Shown here: positions 26,703 to 38,470 of the stretch, piece after piece
Numbering within the stretch: the first letter of the stretch is position 1
Layout of the letters: the number at the start of each line of letters is the position of its first letter
NCBI GenBank assembly: GCA_951406725.2
Contig: OX597814.1
Coordinates: 104,036,001-104,100,000 of the forward strand
DNA length: 64,000 nt
Source of the DNA: Octopus vulgaris
Lineage: Eukaryota
Direction: 5' to 3'
Notes under the pieces: model-generated
Database searches by the model: none
What the model was told of the DNA's origin: nothing
What the model saw: only the letters and a program-made list of their open reading frames with translations
Program-made: the position numbers and the translations under genes

Positions 26703-27199
26703 CACTGGTCCTCAACTGGGGTTCATATGGGTTTGGAGGTCCATAGGATCGTTAGGAATCCATAAGATTGTTGGGGCCCCATAGGAGCATTGGAGCTCTA
26801 TTGGAGTGTTGGGGGTCCCTAGGAGCGTTGGGGGTCCATGGGAGTGTTGGGGCTCTATAGGATCATTGGGGGTCCATAGGATCGTTGGGGGTCCATAGGA
26901 GCATTGGGGGACTATAGAAGCCTTGGGGCTCTATAGGATCATTGGGGATCCATCAGGTCGTTGGGGCCCCATAGGATTGTTGGGGATCCATACAAGATTT
27001 AGTTATAAAAATTTATCCGCAGTGACCTGCTTCTACTTCCAGGCACAAAATGTTTTAACGATTTCTTTAAAACAATTCCTAATGATATTTCATGAAAAAA
27101 CAAAATCGAATTTTTTAAACATAGAATGGTTATGAGGGTCTACCCAAGTAAAATAGGAATCAAAGGGGTGCAGAGGTGGGAAATGGTTGGGAATCACTG
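26703..27199. mobile_element. hAT/Charlie-like MITE with an internal ~20-bp minisatellite
   Basis: Degenerate CAGTGGTTCTCAAC-type TIRs. About 13 units of GGGGTCCATAGGATCGTTG at 26730-26992. Confidence 0.6.
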
Positions 27200-27660
27200 C
27201 ATTAAATTCTAATTTGAGGGTAAGTTTCTTCTTTCCTCCATTTTCAGGGTGGGGTCAGGGTATGAGAAAGAGATTGAATGTAGTGTCATTCTTGCGAGGT
27301 GGTGAGTGGGTGGGGGCTACTATCCCTCTCACCAATCTAAGGCTCTGAAGTATGTCAAGGTTACCGCCCTGCTTTCCACTAGTCTCAAAGAGCCCATAAA
27401 AAGGGTCAAATATGCTGTCATTCTTCCTTTGAATAAGCTTAAAAAGCAACAACAACAACAACAAAAGAAATTTCAAAACTGTTTCTCTAAATAATTGGTA
27501 AAAATTTTTAAATCCCAACAACTCAAGAAATTCTTGAAGATTTCACAGGAACTCTCTTTGTTTTCTGTTTTGAGACTTTTGCAAGCAAGGGCACAAATGT
27601 GACTGTGCTTCCCAACTTCTGGTTCTGCGTGTGCAAGATGCTGAGCAGCATTTCATCCAG

Positions 27661-27890
27661 TAGGGAGTTGGCAGAAGTGTTAGCTTGCTGGGCAAAATGC
27701 TTCACAGCATTTTATCAGTCTTTAAGTTCTGAGTTCAAATTCCACCAAGGTCAGCTTTGCCCTTCATCATTTCAGGGTCAATAAAATAAGTACCAGTCAT
27801 GTATTGGAGTTGATGTAATTGGCTTATCCCCACCAACCCACCTCACAAAAAAATTTGATGGCCTTGTGCCAAAATTTGAAACCAATATTT
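27661..27890 (+). mobile_element. SINE family B (diverged, alternative tail)
   Basis: Head and central domain match; tail GGCCTTGTGCCAAAATTTGAAACC. Confidence 0.7.
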
Positions 27891-28774
27891 TGATCTTGTC
27901 AACCATTATAACAAAGAAAGAAAATATTAAACAAAAGCAAATTCTGTTTGCTTTGCCAGTCATAAAAAGTGGTGGGGGTAAGAAAAATACTAATATTTGG
28001 GTGGAGAACTGCTGATGTTAAGTCAGATTGAGAACCACCATGTTATGAAATATCATAGACAAAAGTATATGTCATATACTAATGCTAAGACTTACATATG
28101 TCATAGTCTAGTGACATTTTTGTTATAACAGGTCATAGACTAATGATGTGTGTTTCTGTCATACAGGACATGGTGCTCAAATCTCAATGGAATTTTATCT
28201 CAAGTTGACCATAGTTATGTCCCCCACCTATAATCAACACACTGAAGTTTTTCAGGCTGGACATTGGTCACATCCAGCTTACTAGTCAAGGAAAGAGGTC
28301 ATTGTTTATGTCACTCTTTCCTCCAAATATACATTCAATTTTTATCCATGTCTCTCTCTCTCTCACTCTCTCTTGCACACACACACACACACACACATAC
28401 AAACACACCTCTACTGTTATCTACACCACAACAACAAAGTAATGACAGTAGCATCATGAACAACAATATCAATTACAATAACCACAAGAGATGCTGTAAT
28501 GGAACATGTAGAATGTATCCATTTTTGCAGGAATATAAAACCGTAAGCTGTGATGCTGAGTTTGGTAATCGAAAGTCGAATGAGAAGATGTGATAGATGA
28601 GTCTAAAAGACATTCCTACTTGGAAGTAGTTGTCTGTGATGGAACCAATTGTGTGCATGGAACCAGTTACAAAATTAGTCTGTTGTAAGACAATTATAAG
28701 ACTTAATGCTTGTTGACATTTCAACCTGCTTTACTGAAGAATGGTGAAAGGTCAGAGTTGTATAACATTAGAGA

Positions 28775-28992
28775 GTGATGGTGGTGGTGGTGGTGAAAGT
28801 GATGGTGGTTATAGTTGTGATGATAATGGTAGTAATATTGGTGGTGAAGATGGGGGTTGTAGTAGTGGTGGTGGTGATGGTGATGGTGGTGATTGTAGTT
28901 GTGGAGGTGATGGTATTTATGGTGTTGGTGGTGATGATGATGGTGGGGTGGGTGGATGTGGTGGTGTTGGTACTGATGATGATGATGGTGAT
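28775..28992. repeat. Degenerate (GGT/GAT)n repeat
   Basis: Direct inspection. Confidence 0.9.
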
Positions 28993-29287
28993 AACATGGA
29001 ATCATTGAAATTCCCATATTAGACATTATTTCTCCATTTCGAGATTTCAATTTTGAATCTCGAAAATCCAAGAAGAGAATTCAAAGCTGGAGTTAAAACT
29101 TGGAAATGTCAATGGAATGACACGGTTGGCTGAGTTTGGTGTGTCTTTGAGCCTTTGAGAATGGCTCATGCGTAGAAACACAGAAAACTGAAAGCCACAG
29201 AATTGCGTTTTGAAATTCAGTTTCGGCTTTGTTGGTTTCTGTTTATCAAACATTTCAACAGAGTATAACAGTGAATGGGGTAGATGT

Positions 29288-29289
<2 letters not shown>

Positions 29290-29356
<67 letters not shown>

Positions 29357-29738
29357 TGTGTGTGATTGTGTCAGTGAGTGTGTGTGTGTGTGTTAGTGAG
29401 TGTGTGTGTGTGTGTTGAGTGTGTGTGTGTGTGAGTGAGTGTGTATGTATGAGTGTGTGTATGTGTGAGTGAGTGTGTATGTGTGAGTGAGTGTGTGTGA
29501 GTGTGTGTGAGTGTGTGTGTGTGTGAGTCAGTGTGTGTGAGTGTGTGTGTGAGTGAGTGTGTATGTGTGAGTATGTGTGTGAGAGTGTGAGTAAGTGAGT
29601 GTGTGTGTGTGAGAGAGTATGTGTGTGTGAGTGTGTGTGTGTGAGAGTGTGTGTGTGTGAGCGTGTGTGTGAGTGTGTGTGTGAGTGTGAGTGAGTGAGT
29701 GTGTGTGAGTGTGTGTTAGAGTGTGTGTGTGTGTGTGT
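29290..29738. repeat. (GT)n/(GAGT)n microsatellite, about 450 bp
   Basis: Direct inspection. Confidence 0.95.
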
Positions 29739-30329
29739 GAAAGCCTCCACCCTAGCTGCTCACTTTGTATTCAACTCCCCACTGCCACCCAAATCTGTCC
29801 CACTTCACCCGGCGCCCTGCCCATCTTGCATACGCAAAGTGCCGAAATGTCTCTGACTACTTCAAACCAATAATGCCCCTGGCCTGGCCCCAGTGCTGCA
29901 TCTCAGAATATTTGTCTTGGAAATCAACAATTCAAAATCCAGTCTCAACACACAATTTCCCTAACATTTGAAATGCACAACTCAGTGTCAGAGACAGCTA
30001 TTTGTCATCATCATGTCTGTTTTCTATGCTGGCATGGGGGTTGGAAGGTTTAGCAGGAGCTGGCAAGACAGAGGACTGCATCGTGCTCCACTGTCTGTTT
30101 TGGCTTGGCTTGGTTCATATGGCTCAATGTCCTTTTTAAGACCAACCACCTTATAGAGTGGACTGGATATTTTTTTCATGTCACCAGCACTGGCATTAAT
30201 AATAACATTCTCCAACACTTTGAATTTTTTTCTTTCTCTCTCTTCACCTTAGTGACCATTAGTATGGATTCCACAGAACTGGATCCACTGAAGACAACTA
30301 CTCTGTTATGCCTTTCTGTCTCTCTCTGG

Positions 30330-31740
30330 TAAGTTCTGGGTTTACAGAAGTTTGGCAAAAGCAATGTTGTTACCCTAGACATCAGTAAAACCTTTCACTA
30401 TGTCTGCTGTGAGAATCTCCCATCAACAACTTCCGCTGACCTCTCATCTCTTCGATCAATATCTTCCTATCAGATTACAGCATCGTGGCATATGTTCATT
30501 GATTTCGTTTTTCCTTGCTCTCAATCAACTCTAGTGTCCCCCCACCCCCACCAACCTCATTTCTTTTCTCCTATACAGCAACGACCTGGTTGTTGCTACA
30601 TCCAAATCACTCTTTTAGCAGATGATATCATTTTCCATTCCCCTCTGACTTTTCCCAAACATGTATCATCCACATGTATCGTAGATGCTACACACCAAGC
30701 TTAATAAATGGAGATCTTGGGAGATTCTGCTCACATCCTCATTTTTAACAGAACAGAATAAAAACTCTATTCATATCTAGAAAACACCTTTGTTTGCACT
30801 CCTCCATTAATCATGAACATCCCCCAGGGTCGTTCCAAATACTGTGATTCATTACCATTAAGCAAGGTGGCGTTGGCATCGGCCACATTCGGATGGTGCT
30901 TTTTATGTGCCACCGGCACAGGTATCACAATGGAAATTGTAATTGTGATACCTGTGCCAGTGGCACATAAAAAGCACCCGCTAAACGTGGCCAATCCCAG
31001 CGCCGCCTTGACTGGCTTCTGTGCTGGTGGCACGTAAAAAGCACCACCCGATCATGGCCAATGCCAGCCTCCCCTGGCACCTGTGCTGGTGGCAGGTAAA
31101 AGCACCCACTACACTCATGGAGTGGTTGGCATTAGGAAGGGCATCCAGCTGTAGAAACACTGCCAGATCAGACTTGAACCTGGTGCAGCCTCCTGGCTTC
31201 CCAGACCCCGGTCGAACCATCCAACCAATGCTAGCACGGAAAACGGACGTTAAATGATGATGATGATCTCTCCTGGTGAAGGCAGATCCTTAACATAACA
31301 GGGAGTGCATCTCAAAATCCGGTCTTTCTCTTTAGGACTGCTGACACACTCTAAGGCACAAGAGAGGGTCACAATGGAATATTGCTCCTACATCTGAGAT
31401 GGAGCCAATGTAACACACCCCCACAGCCATTCTGAACTGTGTCTAGAGACGGAATATTCAAAGGATTGGCAATCATTCACTCCTCCAGTCTTGCTCTCTT
31501 CATTCTCAATCATTTCTGTGGCTTCTGTTCTTCAAGGCTGGCTGCTCTTGTACCTCCACAATTCTTGCAATTCTTACCCATTTTCATAATCTCCACTTCT
31601 CATCAATCTTACACCCTCTGCCCCACACTAACCCTAATGAACAGTCCTTTCTCCTCAGAACTTCTTCCTGCCATAATCTTTTCCCTCCTCATGACTTCTG
31701 CAGGAGCTGACCACTGAAGAACATAAATGGCATAAAGTTG
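30330..31740 (+). mobile_element. Old CR1/Jockey-group LINE relic interrupted by an RTE tail copy (30863-31267)
   Basis: Decayed LDISKTF, LLADD and KAQERVTMEYCSYI*DGA motifs in the expected order. Confidence 0.55.
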
Positions 31741-31843
31741 ACCAGTCCTGAAGGGCCTACGAAAGCCATGGTCATGACCCCTTCCCCTACATTCAGCAAA
31801 AGCATAAAAAATTATCTGTTGAGTTACGGTGGAGCAATAGCTT

Positions 31844-31958
31844 AGGTTAAAGACAATACATTGACGGAATATTTGACTGGGTCAATGACGAGTGTTTGAC
31901 GAAATGTTTGATGAAGTTAAAGATGATGGTTTGACAGAATGCTTGACTAGGTTAAAGA
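31844..31958. repeat. 35-bp minisatellite, about 3.3 diverged copies
   Basis: Unit approximately AGGTTAAAGAYGATGNTTTGACGGAATGTTTGACT. Confidence 0.8.
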
Positions 31959-32165
31959 ATTATTGTAGAAAGTTGCGATAACACTTGGTGCTGCTACTTC
32001 TGTTTTGGGATTTCTATGACAGATTTCTCTCACCTCCAATTTCCATTTTACCTTGATCTTCAATAATTAATCAAACATTTTGGTAATACCAAATTATTTT
32101 TGTTTATCTTTTAATTATGCTTTTTTTTAAAATGTAAACAAAATCCAAATTACTTCACCGTTTAA

Positions 32166-32382
32166 TCCCTTCTGATACCAACTTAGCTGAGACGGTTCCT
32201 GGTTTTATGTTGCAATCCTCCTGTGAGGAAGGGATCGAAATTAAAACCTCCATCAAAATTCCATGTTTTGTTCCAAACACCAACTAAATAACGACAAATT
32301 TAATTTATTAAATTTTTCTAAATTTTAAAAATTAATTGAAATGAAGCCATTACATTCCAACAGGAATATGGTAATGAAAAGG
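32166..32382 (-). mobile_element. piggyBac-like MITE
   Basis: TTAA at both flanks and CCCTT..G.TAC TIRs. Inverted homologue of 61600-61821 and 62962-63190. Confidence 0.7.
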
Positions 32383-32874
32383 TTAAGAATACAGATTTGT
32401 AATTTACAATGGATGGAACAATTAATTATTTCAACAGGTTCTGTAATGTTGCTGTTTCATTAACCTTTATTGTTATTCTTTGGAAAGGCATGATCATCAC
32501 AAATCCCCATTGCCAGAAGTCAATAGAACACCACTACTTGATAGATAACATCACAATTGTGAAAGGTCATCGTGAAAGGTCAGACAATTGCCTTGTATTT
32601 ATGCTAGAAATTCATTTATATTTATTCCATACACAAGAGAAATAAATTGTCAGACATCAAATATTTGCCTGGTTAAAATATGTGGAATCCATTAACGAGT
32701 GATTAGTTCTAATGGTATGCCTTGACGAGCCATGAATGATTAGCTATAACGATTTTAGAGGAAAGGTGGAATGGTAGTTGTAAAATATTCTGTTTTTACC
32801 CATTTGTTGCCGAATGAAGTGAAATAACTGCAACCAGGAGGGAAAAACAAGCTGGAAAGTTAGCTTCCTTGGAA

Positions 32875-33330
32875 TCATCATCGTTTAATGTCCTTTTTCC
32901 ATGCTGGCATGGGTTGGATGGTTTCATAGGAGCTGGTCAGAGGGGAGTCTGCACCAGGCTTCTGTGTCTGTTTCGGCATGGTTTTTTTTACAGCTGGATG
33001 CCCTTCCTAACACTAACCATTCCATAGAGCGGGCTGAGTGCTTTTTATGTGGCACTCACACAGGCAAGGTCAGCTTTGGCATGGTCTTTGCAGCTGGATG
33101 CCCTTCTAAATGCCAACCACCTTACAGTGTGGACTGGATGCATTTTAAGTGGCACCTGCACTGGTAGGGTCACCAAGTGACTTTGCAAGACAAGGAACCT
33201 CTGAGAGGGGAGGGGCATTGGAGGAGGAGGGGATCTTGTGTCTGATGATGAAATGTTGAAGTGTGACAGACAGAAAGACAGAAACAGGTGTCTTGCTGTA
33301 GAGGAGGTACATGGTTACCTGGTTGGAGAC
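32875..33330 (-). mobile_element. RTE 3'UTR-derived repeat, duplicated-core subfamily
   Basis: Close inverted match to 5873-6264. Confidence 0.85.
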
Positions 33331-33852
33331 AGGGAGAGGGAGTGAGAGAGAAAGGAAAAGAGAGCAGGAGAAAGAGAGTGAGAGTTAATAAGAATGAGGG
33401 CAGAAACAGTTACTGAGAGAGAGAGGGGGTGTTAACAAGAAAGAGGTGTGCTACTGCAAAAGAGATGTACATTATATTCTACTGAAGTTGATAATTATTG
33501 TTAAAAACTCATTCAATAGAGACACTGAAGGGTAGAGAGAATTGTTTTTAATGTGTCTGAAGCCCTGACAACCTCTCTAGGGTGGGTGCTGTACCCAGTA
33601 CGTTCTGTAAAGAGGTTGGCGATAGGAAGGGTATCCAGCTATGGAAACTGTGCTGAAATTGAGATGTGTGAGTGAGGTGTTGTGCTTCTAACTTTAGGAG
33701 GAAGCAGGAACTCTGAATAAAAACTGATTTGGGTTGCGAAATTCTTTTCTGATTCATCTGATCCCACCAGACCATGACAGCATGGAAAACAGATATAAAA
33801 AATGATAATGGTGATGATGATGATGATATATATATATATATATATATATGCG

Positions 33853-34005
33853 CGGGCATGGCTGTGTGGTTAGGGAGATTGCTTCCTAGCTACATGGTTT
33901 CGGGTTCAGTCCCACTGCGTGGCACTTTGGGTAGGTGTCTTTCACTATAGCCCCGAGCAGACCAGAGCTTTGTGATTGAATTCGGTAGGTGGAAGTTACT
34001 GCCGT
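33853..34005 (+). mobile_element. SINE family A head
   Basis: A-box GGCTGTGTGGTTAG, B-box GGTTCAGTCCC. Confidence 0.8.
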
Positions 34006-34254
34006 GTGTGTATATGTGCGTGTAGGTGCTTGTGCCTCTCCGAAAGAGAGAGAGGGATAACACCAAGAAAGTTAGGGGTTGTGGATCCAACCCACTAAGG
34101 GATAATACTTGGTTGTCATTTTGATAAATAAATAAGTCAACATTTTAATGTCCTAAAGTTGATGAACCAACTAATGTGCTTCCCCAGTTTCTTATTTGCA
34201 ATATATATATATCGTTATGGTAAAATCTGGCGTGTGATTGAGTGGATTTCATCC

Positions 34255-34347
34255 AGATAGTTTGGGCTGAGGAGCTACAAGTGAGTTTTTTGTGAGTAAA
34301 ATTACATTTAATTCATTAATAGCGAAACAATTGTCCCAAAATAATCT
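34255..34347 (+). ncRNA. Type I hammerhead ribozyme with intact catalytic core
   Basis: Stem I AGATAGTTTGGG/CCAAAATAATCT; core CTGAGGA at 34267-34273; stem II GCTA/TAGC plus a long extension; GAAAC at 34324-34328; palindromic AATT; GTC cleavage triplet at 34333-34335. Confidence 0.8.
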
Positions 34348-34619
34348 GTATTTTTGTTATTTTTTATTTGCCCTGTTCGTGTGAGCTAACAATCGTACTG
34401 ACTTTCATGGGAAACATGTATTTTTGTGGTTGAAACCTTTTGGATTTACTAGTGCTAGAGTGAGCCACATAGTGACCACTCTCTTATATTTATTTTTGTA
34501 TAAAATATTATAATATATTATAAAATATTATAATAATCCAGGTTTCTCGGAGCACTGGGCCACTTGGTGTTGAATAGGTATACTATTAAATTAGTATCTA
34601 ATTCTCTCACCCTTATTAA

Positions 34620-34657
<38 letters not shown>

Positions 34658-34750
34658 GATGATGATGATGATGATGATGATATACCGGAGTAAACACATA
34701 AATGTGAAACAAGGTGGAAAAAAGAGTACTCAAATACCAGCAGTAGAGTA

Positions 34751-34839
34751 ATATGCTTTATTTAAAAGGAGCAGAAATTCAACAAAACCTGTTACTCGGA
34801 GTAACAGGTTTTGTTGAATTTCTGCTGCTTTTAAATAAA

Positions 34840-34845
<6 letters not shown>
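34751..34845. repeat. Hairpin with 47-bp arms
   Basis: Apex TTACTC-G-GAGTAA at 34798; three mismatches between the arms. Confidence 0.95.
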
Positions 34846-34878
<33 letters not shown>

Positions 34879-35042
34879 TTAATGTACACTATATGGATTT
34901 ATATAATCCTATGGTAGCTTAAAAAAAACTCCTTTAGTAGACCCAGTTACATACGACATAGTAAACTAATATGTAGAGTCCCCTTTGCAGTTGAAATCCA
35001 GTAAATCCAATCAGAGAAGATTATTTAAAAAGGAGTTTATAG

Positions 35043-35789
35043 AATATAAAGAAAGTCAGGAGGTATGAGATGAATAGATTCATTTTTCCAGTTGACATCC
35101 ATCGGATGACGACCATTTCTCAGCCAACATCATGCAAAAATAATCTATTTTAGTGGATAATACATTATTTTACATGTCTGCACTGGTATGTACGCTATAA
35201 ATTGCATAGTACTATTGTACATTTTACAAATCAATGCAGTTATACAAGATTAGCTCTTCAGATCAACAGAGTATCATGGTCATATTAATTTTTCAACTCC
35301 AGTATACACATACAAAAAAAAAATCATCTTCAAATTTATAATGTATGGAAAAACCAACAATTAATAAAAAAAAAGTTTACTACAGAGTGGGGGAAAGGAG
35401 ATTTTGTAAGATATCAAAAAGGAAATTTCCTTTTTAATATCTTACAGAATCTTCTTTCCTTCTCACTTTAATAAATTATTTTATTAATAATTCATCTTCC
35501 ATACATTGCAAATTTTCTTTTTCTATGTGTATACTGAAGTTGAAAAATTAATGTAACCATGATATTGTATTGATCTGAAGAGCTAGCCTTCTATACCTGC
35601 ACTGATTTGTAAAATGTGCAATAGTACTATGCAATTTATAGCATACATACCAGTGCAGACATGTAAAATGATTTATTATCCACTAAAATTATTTTAGTAT
35701 GATGTTTGCTGCAAAACAGCCATCATCGTATGGATATCACCAGGTGAAATAAATATATTTATCCCATACCTCCTGACTTTCTTTATATT
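35043..35789. repeat. About 750-bp spacerless imperfect palindrome (fold-back element)
   Basis: Centre GGAAA|TTTCC at 35425/35426. Outer ends AATATAAAGAAAGTCAGGAGGTATG and CATACCTCCTGACTTTCTTTATATT. Confidence 0.9.
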
Positions 35790-35790
35790 A

Positions 35791-35829
<39 letters not shown>

Positions 35830-36086
35830 ATGTGTTTGTGTGTGCATGTGTTTGTTTGCGTGTGCATGTGTTTGTGTGTGTGTGCATGTGTTTGTGTGTG
35901 TGTGCATGTGTGTATGTGTGGGGGGTGCATGTGTTTGTGTGTGTGTACATGTGTGTGTGCATGTGTGTGTATATATATATTATGTACAAGGCTTTACAAA
36001 AAATCTGTTTGACTAAAATTCTTCAAGGTAGTGCCCCAGCATGGCCATAGTCTAATGACTGAAACAAGTAAAAGATAGATCAGATA

Positions 36087-36510
36087 GTGAGCTGGCAGAA
36101 TCTTTAACACTCTAGACAAAATGGTTAGTGGCATTTTGCTTGTCTTTAAGCTCTAAGTTCAAATTCAGCTGAGGTCATCTTTACCTTTCGTTCTCTCAGG
36201 GTTGATTAAATAGTAACCAGTGAAGTACTGAGATCAATGTAAACAACTTGCCCCCTCCCTGCAAAATTTCAGGCCTTTTCCCCATATTAGAAAGGATTCA
36301 AGCTGGCAGAAGTGTTACTGCATGGGTCAAAATGCTTTTTGGCAGTTTGGCCCTCTTTACATTCTTAGTTCAAATTCCACCAAGGTTGACTTGTCCTTTC
36401 ATTCTTTTGGAGTTGATAAGATAAGTACCAGTTGAACCCTGGGGTCGATGTAATTGATTTATGCTTGGCCCCCAAATTACTAACCTTGTGCTGAAATTTG
36501 AAACCATTAT
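36087..36510 (+). mobile_element. Two tandem diverged SINE family B copies
   Basis: AGCTGGCAGAA heads at about 36090 and 36301. Confidence 0.7.
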
Positions 36511-36538
36511 TATCATTGTTAATAATCCTTTCTATTAT

Positions 36539-38262
36539 GTTAGTTAGTTAGTTAGTTAATTTGGCTCAAAAGCAAATAGCAAGGCCATGTAGGGGGACAT
36601 GGAGTTAAGTACAGGGTGGTGTTCATGTAAAGAGTTCAGGCCACTTGAGGTCCAGGGAGGCTTTGAACAAAGCGGTCGTCGGCATCTTCACCATCTCGTC
36701 TGGCAGCTTGTTCCACGGATCCGCAACCCGGACGGAGAAAGCTCCTCTCCTTCGATTGAGATGAAATCGTCGCAGGTAGAGCTTTTCGGAATGACCCCGC
36801 AGCCGACGCTCCGGAGCAGGAGTGAAGAACAGCTCTTTCGAGAGGTTACACTTCCCGCTTATGATGTTGTGGGCGAGAATGAGATCACCACGGCGGCGGC
36901 GTTTTTCAAGAGAACAAAGGTCGAGCGTCCTCAGCCTTTCTTCGTAGGACAAATTTTTGAGACCATGAACCATGCGGGTAGCCAGCCTCTGGACTCTTTC
37001 GAGGTGCTGTATGTCTTTGAGGAGATAAGGAGAAGAGGCTTGAATCCCATACTCCAATATGGGTCTCACCAGCGTGACATAGAGTGGCAGGAATATGGCT
37101 GCTGTGAGCATTCCGAATGACCGTCGAATCAAAAACAGAATTCCGCGCGCTTTGTTGGCAGCATGGACGCACTGGGCCGAAGGCGAAAAGGAGGAATCCA
37201 CCAAGATACCCAGGTCCTTTACCTGATCGGTCCTCTCCAGCAGCAGACGACCCGGCTCGAAATCAAGTTGAGTTGCAGGAGTAGAGCCAACAGGCAGATG
37301 ACAGCACTTTGACACGTTCAGACACAGGTCTCAATCGTTAGACCACTTCCAAATTTGGTGGAGGCATCGACGAAGATCCTCTATACTACTGCGAGAAGCG
37401 ACCAGTTTGATATCATCGGCAAATAGAAGGGTGTGTTGCGTGAGGTCGTCGGGCAAGTCATTTATGAAGACTAAGAACAACAAGGGCCCAAGCACTGAAC
37501 CTTGAGGTACGCCACTGCTCGCACTGGAGACGTCGGACCGCGAACCATTAACTTGAACTTGGAAGGAGCGATCTGAGAGGAAGGCACCAACCCATCGTAC
37601 AATATCCGGATGGAAACTATATGCTTGAAGCTTGACAAGTAGTAGGCGGTGGTTTACCGAGTCAAAAGCTTTGGCAAAGTCCAATAAAACGATGTCAACA
37701 GCATCACTATCATCGAGGATGCACGTCACCAATTCTTCCATTACTAGTAAGTTGGTCAAGCATGATCTCTTCGGCACGAAGCCGTGTTGGGAATCAGTGA
37801 TCGAGGCTGTGTTTAGGAGGTGGAGCATCATACTTTTCTTAAGGATGGTTTCGAACATCTTGCTGATTATTGATGTAAGGGAAGCCAGTCGGTAGTTAAG
37901 CGGGTCTTCGCGGCTCCCTTTCTTGAAAATTGGGCAGATTATCGCTGTTCTCCAGTCTGCAGGTATAACACCCGTCGCCAATGACATATTGAATAGTCGT
38001 GTTAAGGGCTCGCAAATGACCGGAGCCAACGCTTTGATAACCCGTGGGTGTATGCCGTCAGGGCCGTGACCCTTGTTGACATCGAGGCCTTGAATAACAC
38101 GTTTGACTTGGTCCCGTGTGATGATCAATCGAAGCATTGGAGGTACCGATCTATCAAATGGAGGGGGTTCACGACCATCATCTTGTTTGAAAATAGTTGA
38201 AAAAGCCTCGGCAAATAATTGACTCTGTTGATAAGGGTCCTCAATCGATACGCCTCAATCGA
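36539..38262 (-). mobile_element. 5'-truncated CR1-clade LINE with near-intact RT
   Basis: LDFAKAFDSVNH, SGVPQGSVLGPLLF, LFADD, VRPILEY in one frame with a single stop (37331-37333). (AACT)n tail. TSD TATTAT (36533-36538, 38263-38268). Confidence 0.95.
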
Positions 38263-38470
38263 TATTATAAGCACAAGGCCTGAAATTTGGGGGAAGGGGG
38301 ACAGTTGATTACATCGACCCCCTGCACTCAACTGGTACTTATTTCATTGACCCCAAAATGATGAAAGGCAAAGTTGACCCTGGCAGAATTTGAACTCAGA
38401 AGATAGCCACAGATGAAATACTGTTAAGCATTTCACCCGGTGTGCTAACGATTCTGCCAGCTCACTGCCT
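38263..38470 (-). mobile_element. SINE family B split at its tail by the CR1 insertion
   Basis: The tail continues at 36521-36538 on the other side of the LINE. Confidence 0.8.

Noticed and set aside
28721-29071. His-rich, Gly-rich and Val-rich ORFs
   Set aside because: Explained by a degenerate trinucleotide repeat open in several frames; no exon support.
37331-37333. TGA in the CR1 ORF as a recoded codon
   Set aside because: It aligns to a conserved Trp position and is one transition from TGG; an ordinary nonsense mutation.
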